A DNA stretch of 56,612 bases from an uncultured Candidatus Saccharibacteria bacterium (GTDB lineage Bacteria > Patescibacteriota > JAUYIX01 > CAYMIK01): positions 1 to 56,612 of the forward strand of contig CAYMIK010000005.1 in NCBI GenBank assembly GCA_964390745.1, read 5' to 3'. The stretch's first letter is position 1. Every line of letters begins with the position of its first letter. The notes under the pieces were generated by a model that was not told the DNA's origin, did no database searches, and was given only the letters and a program-made list of their open reading frames with translations. Shown here one piece after another: positions 55,341-56,612 of the stretch. The translations under genes were made by a program, and so were the position numbers.

Positions 55341-55361
55341 GAATCCTGTCGGGTGCACCAA
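55341..55361 (+). repeat. att core, distal copy (duplicated tRNA-Arg 3' end)
   Basis: GAATCCTGTCGGGTGCACCAA. Confidence 0.93.
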
Positions 55362-55366
55362 AGAAT

Positions 55367-55389
55367 TATCCCAGATTTCTGGGATCTTT
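55367..55389 (+). terminator. hairpin just beyond the distal att, probably the original tRNA-Arg terminator
   Basis: ATCCCAG-ATTT-CTGGGAT followed by CTTT. Confidence 0.5.
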
Positions 55390-55469
55390 AAATTTTGACA
55401 TTTGTAAAAAACCCGCTAAACTCATGAGCTGTGTTCGGATGGGCCGAATCAGCTTGTTCGAGGTGAGCA

Positions 55470-55925
55470 ATGAATCGGATGCGCGTTTTTGTGCCGAACT
55501 CGTTTTACTACGCCGTTCGATTCCCTGAGCTTCTCAACGCAGCGAGCGTTGCGATCAGGGCTTGCGGCGCCAGTGCAGAAGAGGGATTCCCTCAACGATC
55601 GAAGGAATACCTGCTGTTCGGGCGCGGACTCGGAACACTCCTACTACCAAGAGAACCCAGCATCTGGGATGAGAACGTCAGCGGATACTTCATGCTCTTC
55701 GAAAGGAGGCAAGGAAAGAAAGGGGTCAAATACTGGGAGGTCAATTCCGATCGAAACCAGTCACCCGACTCCGAGAGCGAATGGATGCTCGAAGTGTCCA
55801 ACGAAGATCCTGGACCAGATGTCGAGGCTCAGCGCATGACGCTGGCTTGGGTCAATGGTGACCCCGGTCAGTGGATCTACGTACGGAAGTTCAATACGGG
55901 GTGTCGTCTTCCCAATGCGGCCTAG
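55470..55925 (+). CDS. hypothetical protein (151 aa, GC-rich)
   Basis: TTGACA-16-TAAACT at 55395-55422, leader hairpin, GAGGTG SD. Confidence 0.65.
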   Translation: MNRMRVFVPNSFYYAVRFPELLNAASVAIRACGASAEEGFPQRSKEYLLFGRGLGTLLLPREPSIWDENVSGYFMLFERRQGKKGVKYWEVNSDRNQSPDSESEWMLEVSNEDPGPDVEAQRMTLAWVNGDPGQWIYVRKFNTGCRLPNAA

Positions 55926-55987
55926 CCCACAAGGCGAGGCTTTCCCGATGCGATGATTGCCCTCCTAACCCCACGGAGGCAGTCGTC

Positions 55988-56491
55988 ATGTCAGTCAGTA
56001 ATGTGGTGTACGTTTCAGGTGCTCTGACCGATGTGCCGCATGACAAGCGGCAGCAGTACATCGAGTTCTGCGAGAGCATCGGTCACCTTATCACAGCGAT
56101 GGACCTTCGCGTCTACGTGCCACACTGGAACACCGACCCAGTGAAGCACAAGGACGTCACACCAAAGCAGGTCGACTTGATCGACCGAACTGCGGTGACC
56201 TCCGCGATGCTCGTGATCGCGGTCGTAGACAACCCTTCGCTTGGTGTGGGTATTGAGGTTGAGATGGCCTACCACGCCAACAAGCCTGTCGTGCTCCTGT
56301 GCAAGCAGGATCTCGTCGAGGCTCGTAAGATCAGTCGGTTGGTTCGTGGAAATCCAGCGGTTATTCGTGAGATCATCTACTCGGACTTCGAGGAAGCGAG
56401 ATCTCTGCTGGGAGTTTTCCTAGACTCGTTCCTGAAAGAGCTGCGAGAGAGCGTCTTGCCAGCAACGCTGGTGCCCGCACTGAGTCGGTAA
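55988..56491 (+). CDS. nucleoside 2-deoxyribosyltransferase / DNPH1(RCL)-like N-glycosidase
   Basis: VYVSGAL, IDRTAV, PSLGVGIEV..A..ANKPV; start trimmed to ATG 55988 after GGAGG. Confidence 0.8.
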   Translation: MSVSNVVYVSGALTDVPHDKRQQYIEFCESIGHLITAMDLRVYVPHWNTDPVKHKDVTPKQVDLIDRTAVTSAMLVIAVVDNPSLGVGIEVEMAYHANKPVVLLCKQDLVEARKISRLVRGNPAVIREIIYSDFEEARSLLGVFLDSFLKELRESVLPATLVPALSR

Positions 56492-56612
56492 GTCGAAAGA
56501 GGGTTTGAGCGCACCCCATGTCGCTCCCCCGCCAGGTCTAATAGACTGGCGGGTGCTTTACATTATCCAAAATAAAAGTTTCAATCAATTTTGTTAGCGC
56601 ACTGGTTCGAAC

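Larger units (their letters stand above)
49567..55361. mobile_element. 5.8-kb integrative element (serine-integrase island, satellite-like) in tRNA-Arg 3' end
   Basis: Flanking 21-bp direct repeats, integrase at the tRNA-proximal end, AT-richer phage-like genes. Confidence 0.9.

Overview
This window looks like a Patescibacteria (CPR)-type bacterial chromosome segment in standard genetic code. The taxonomy is inferred from gene families and from a type IV pilus locus with no secretin. Housekeeping and repair genes: gyrB, pheST, gatCA, ligA, recX, comF, lemA-htpX, cyclophilin. There are six intact tRNA genes: Asp, fMet, Met, two Ser, and Arg(GCG). A translationally coupled Mre11/SbcD + membrane-spanning SMC-like ATPase + UvrD-nuclease operon sits at 9.2-15.3 kb. 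A ~15.6 kb type IV pilus operon (24.5-40.1 kb) carries a catalytically degenerate PilT and two large surface proteins. The most notable feature is a 5.8 kb element integrated at the 3' end of tRNA-Arg(GCG), bounded by 21-bp direct repeats (49567-49587 and 55341-55361). Its large serine recombinase ORF reads through the att site, so the enzyme's C-terminus would differ between integrated and excised states. An interleaved double inverted repeat (pseudoknot-like) covers the RBS of the element's putative replication gene. Other unusual features: a 26-bp long-range RNA helix burying the htpX start codon, decayed tRNA copies flanking tRNA-Asp, and several scattered GC-rich stand-alone gene cassettes with their own promoter, 5' hairpin and strong SD. 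No CRISPR, rRNA, reverse transcriptase or IS transposase was seen. All calls come from motif recognition by eye; no database searches were run.
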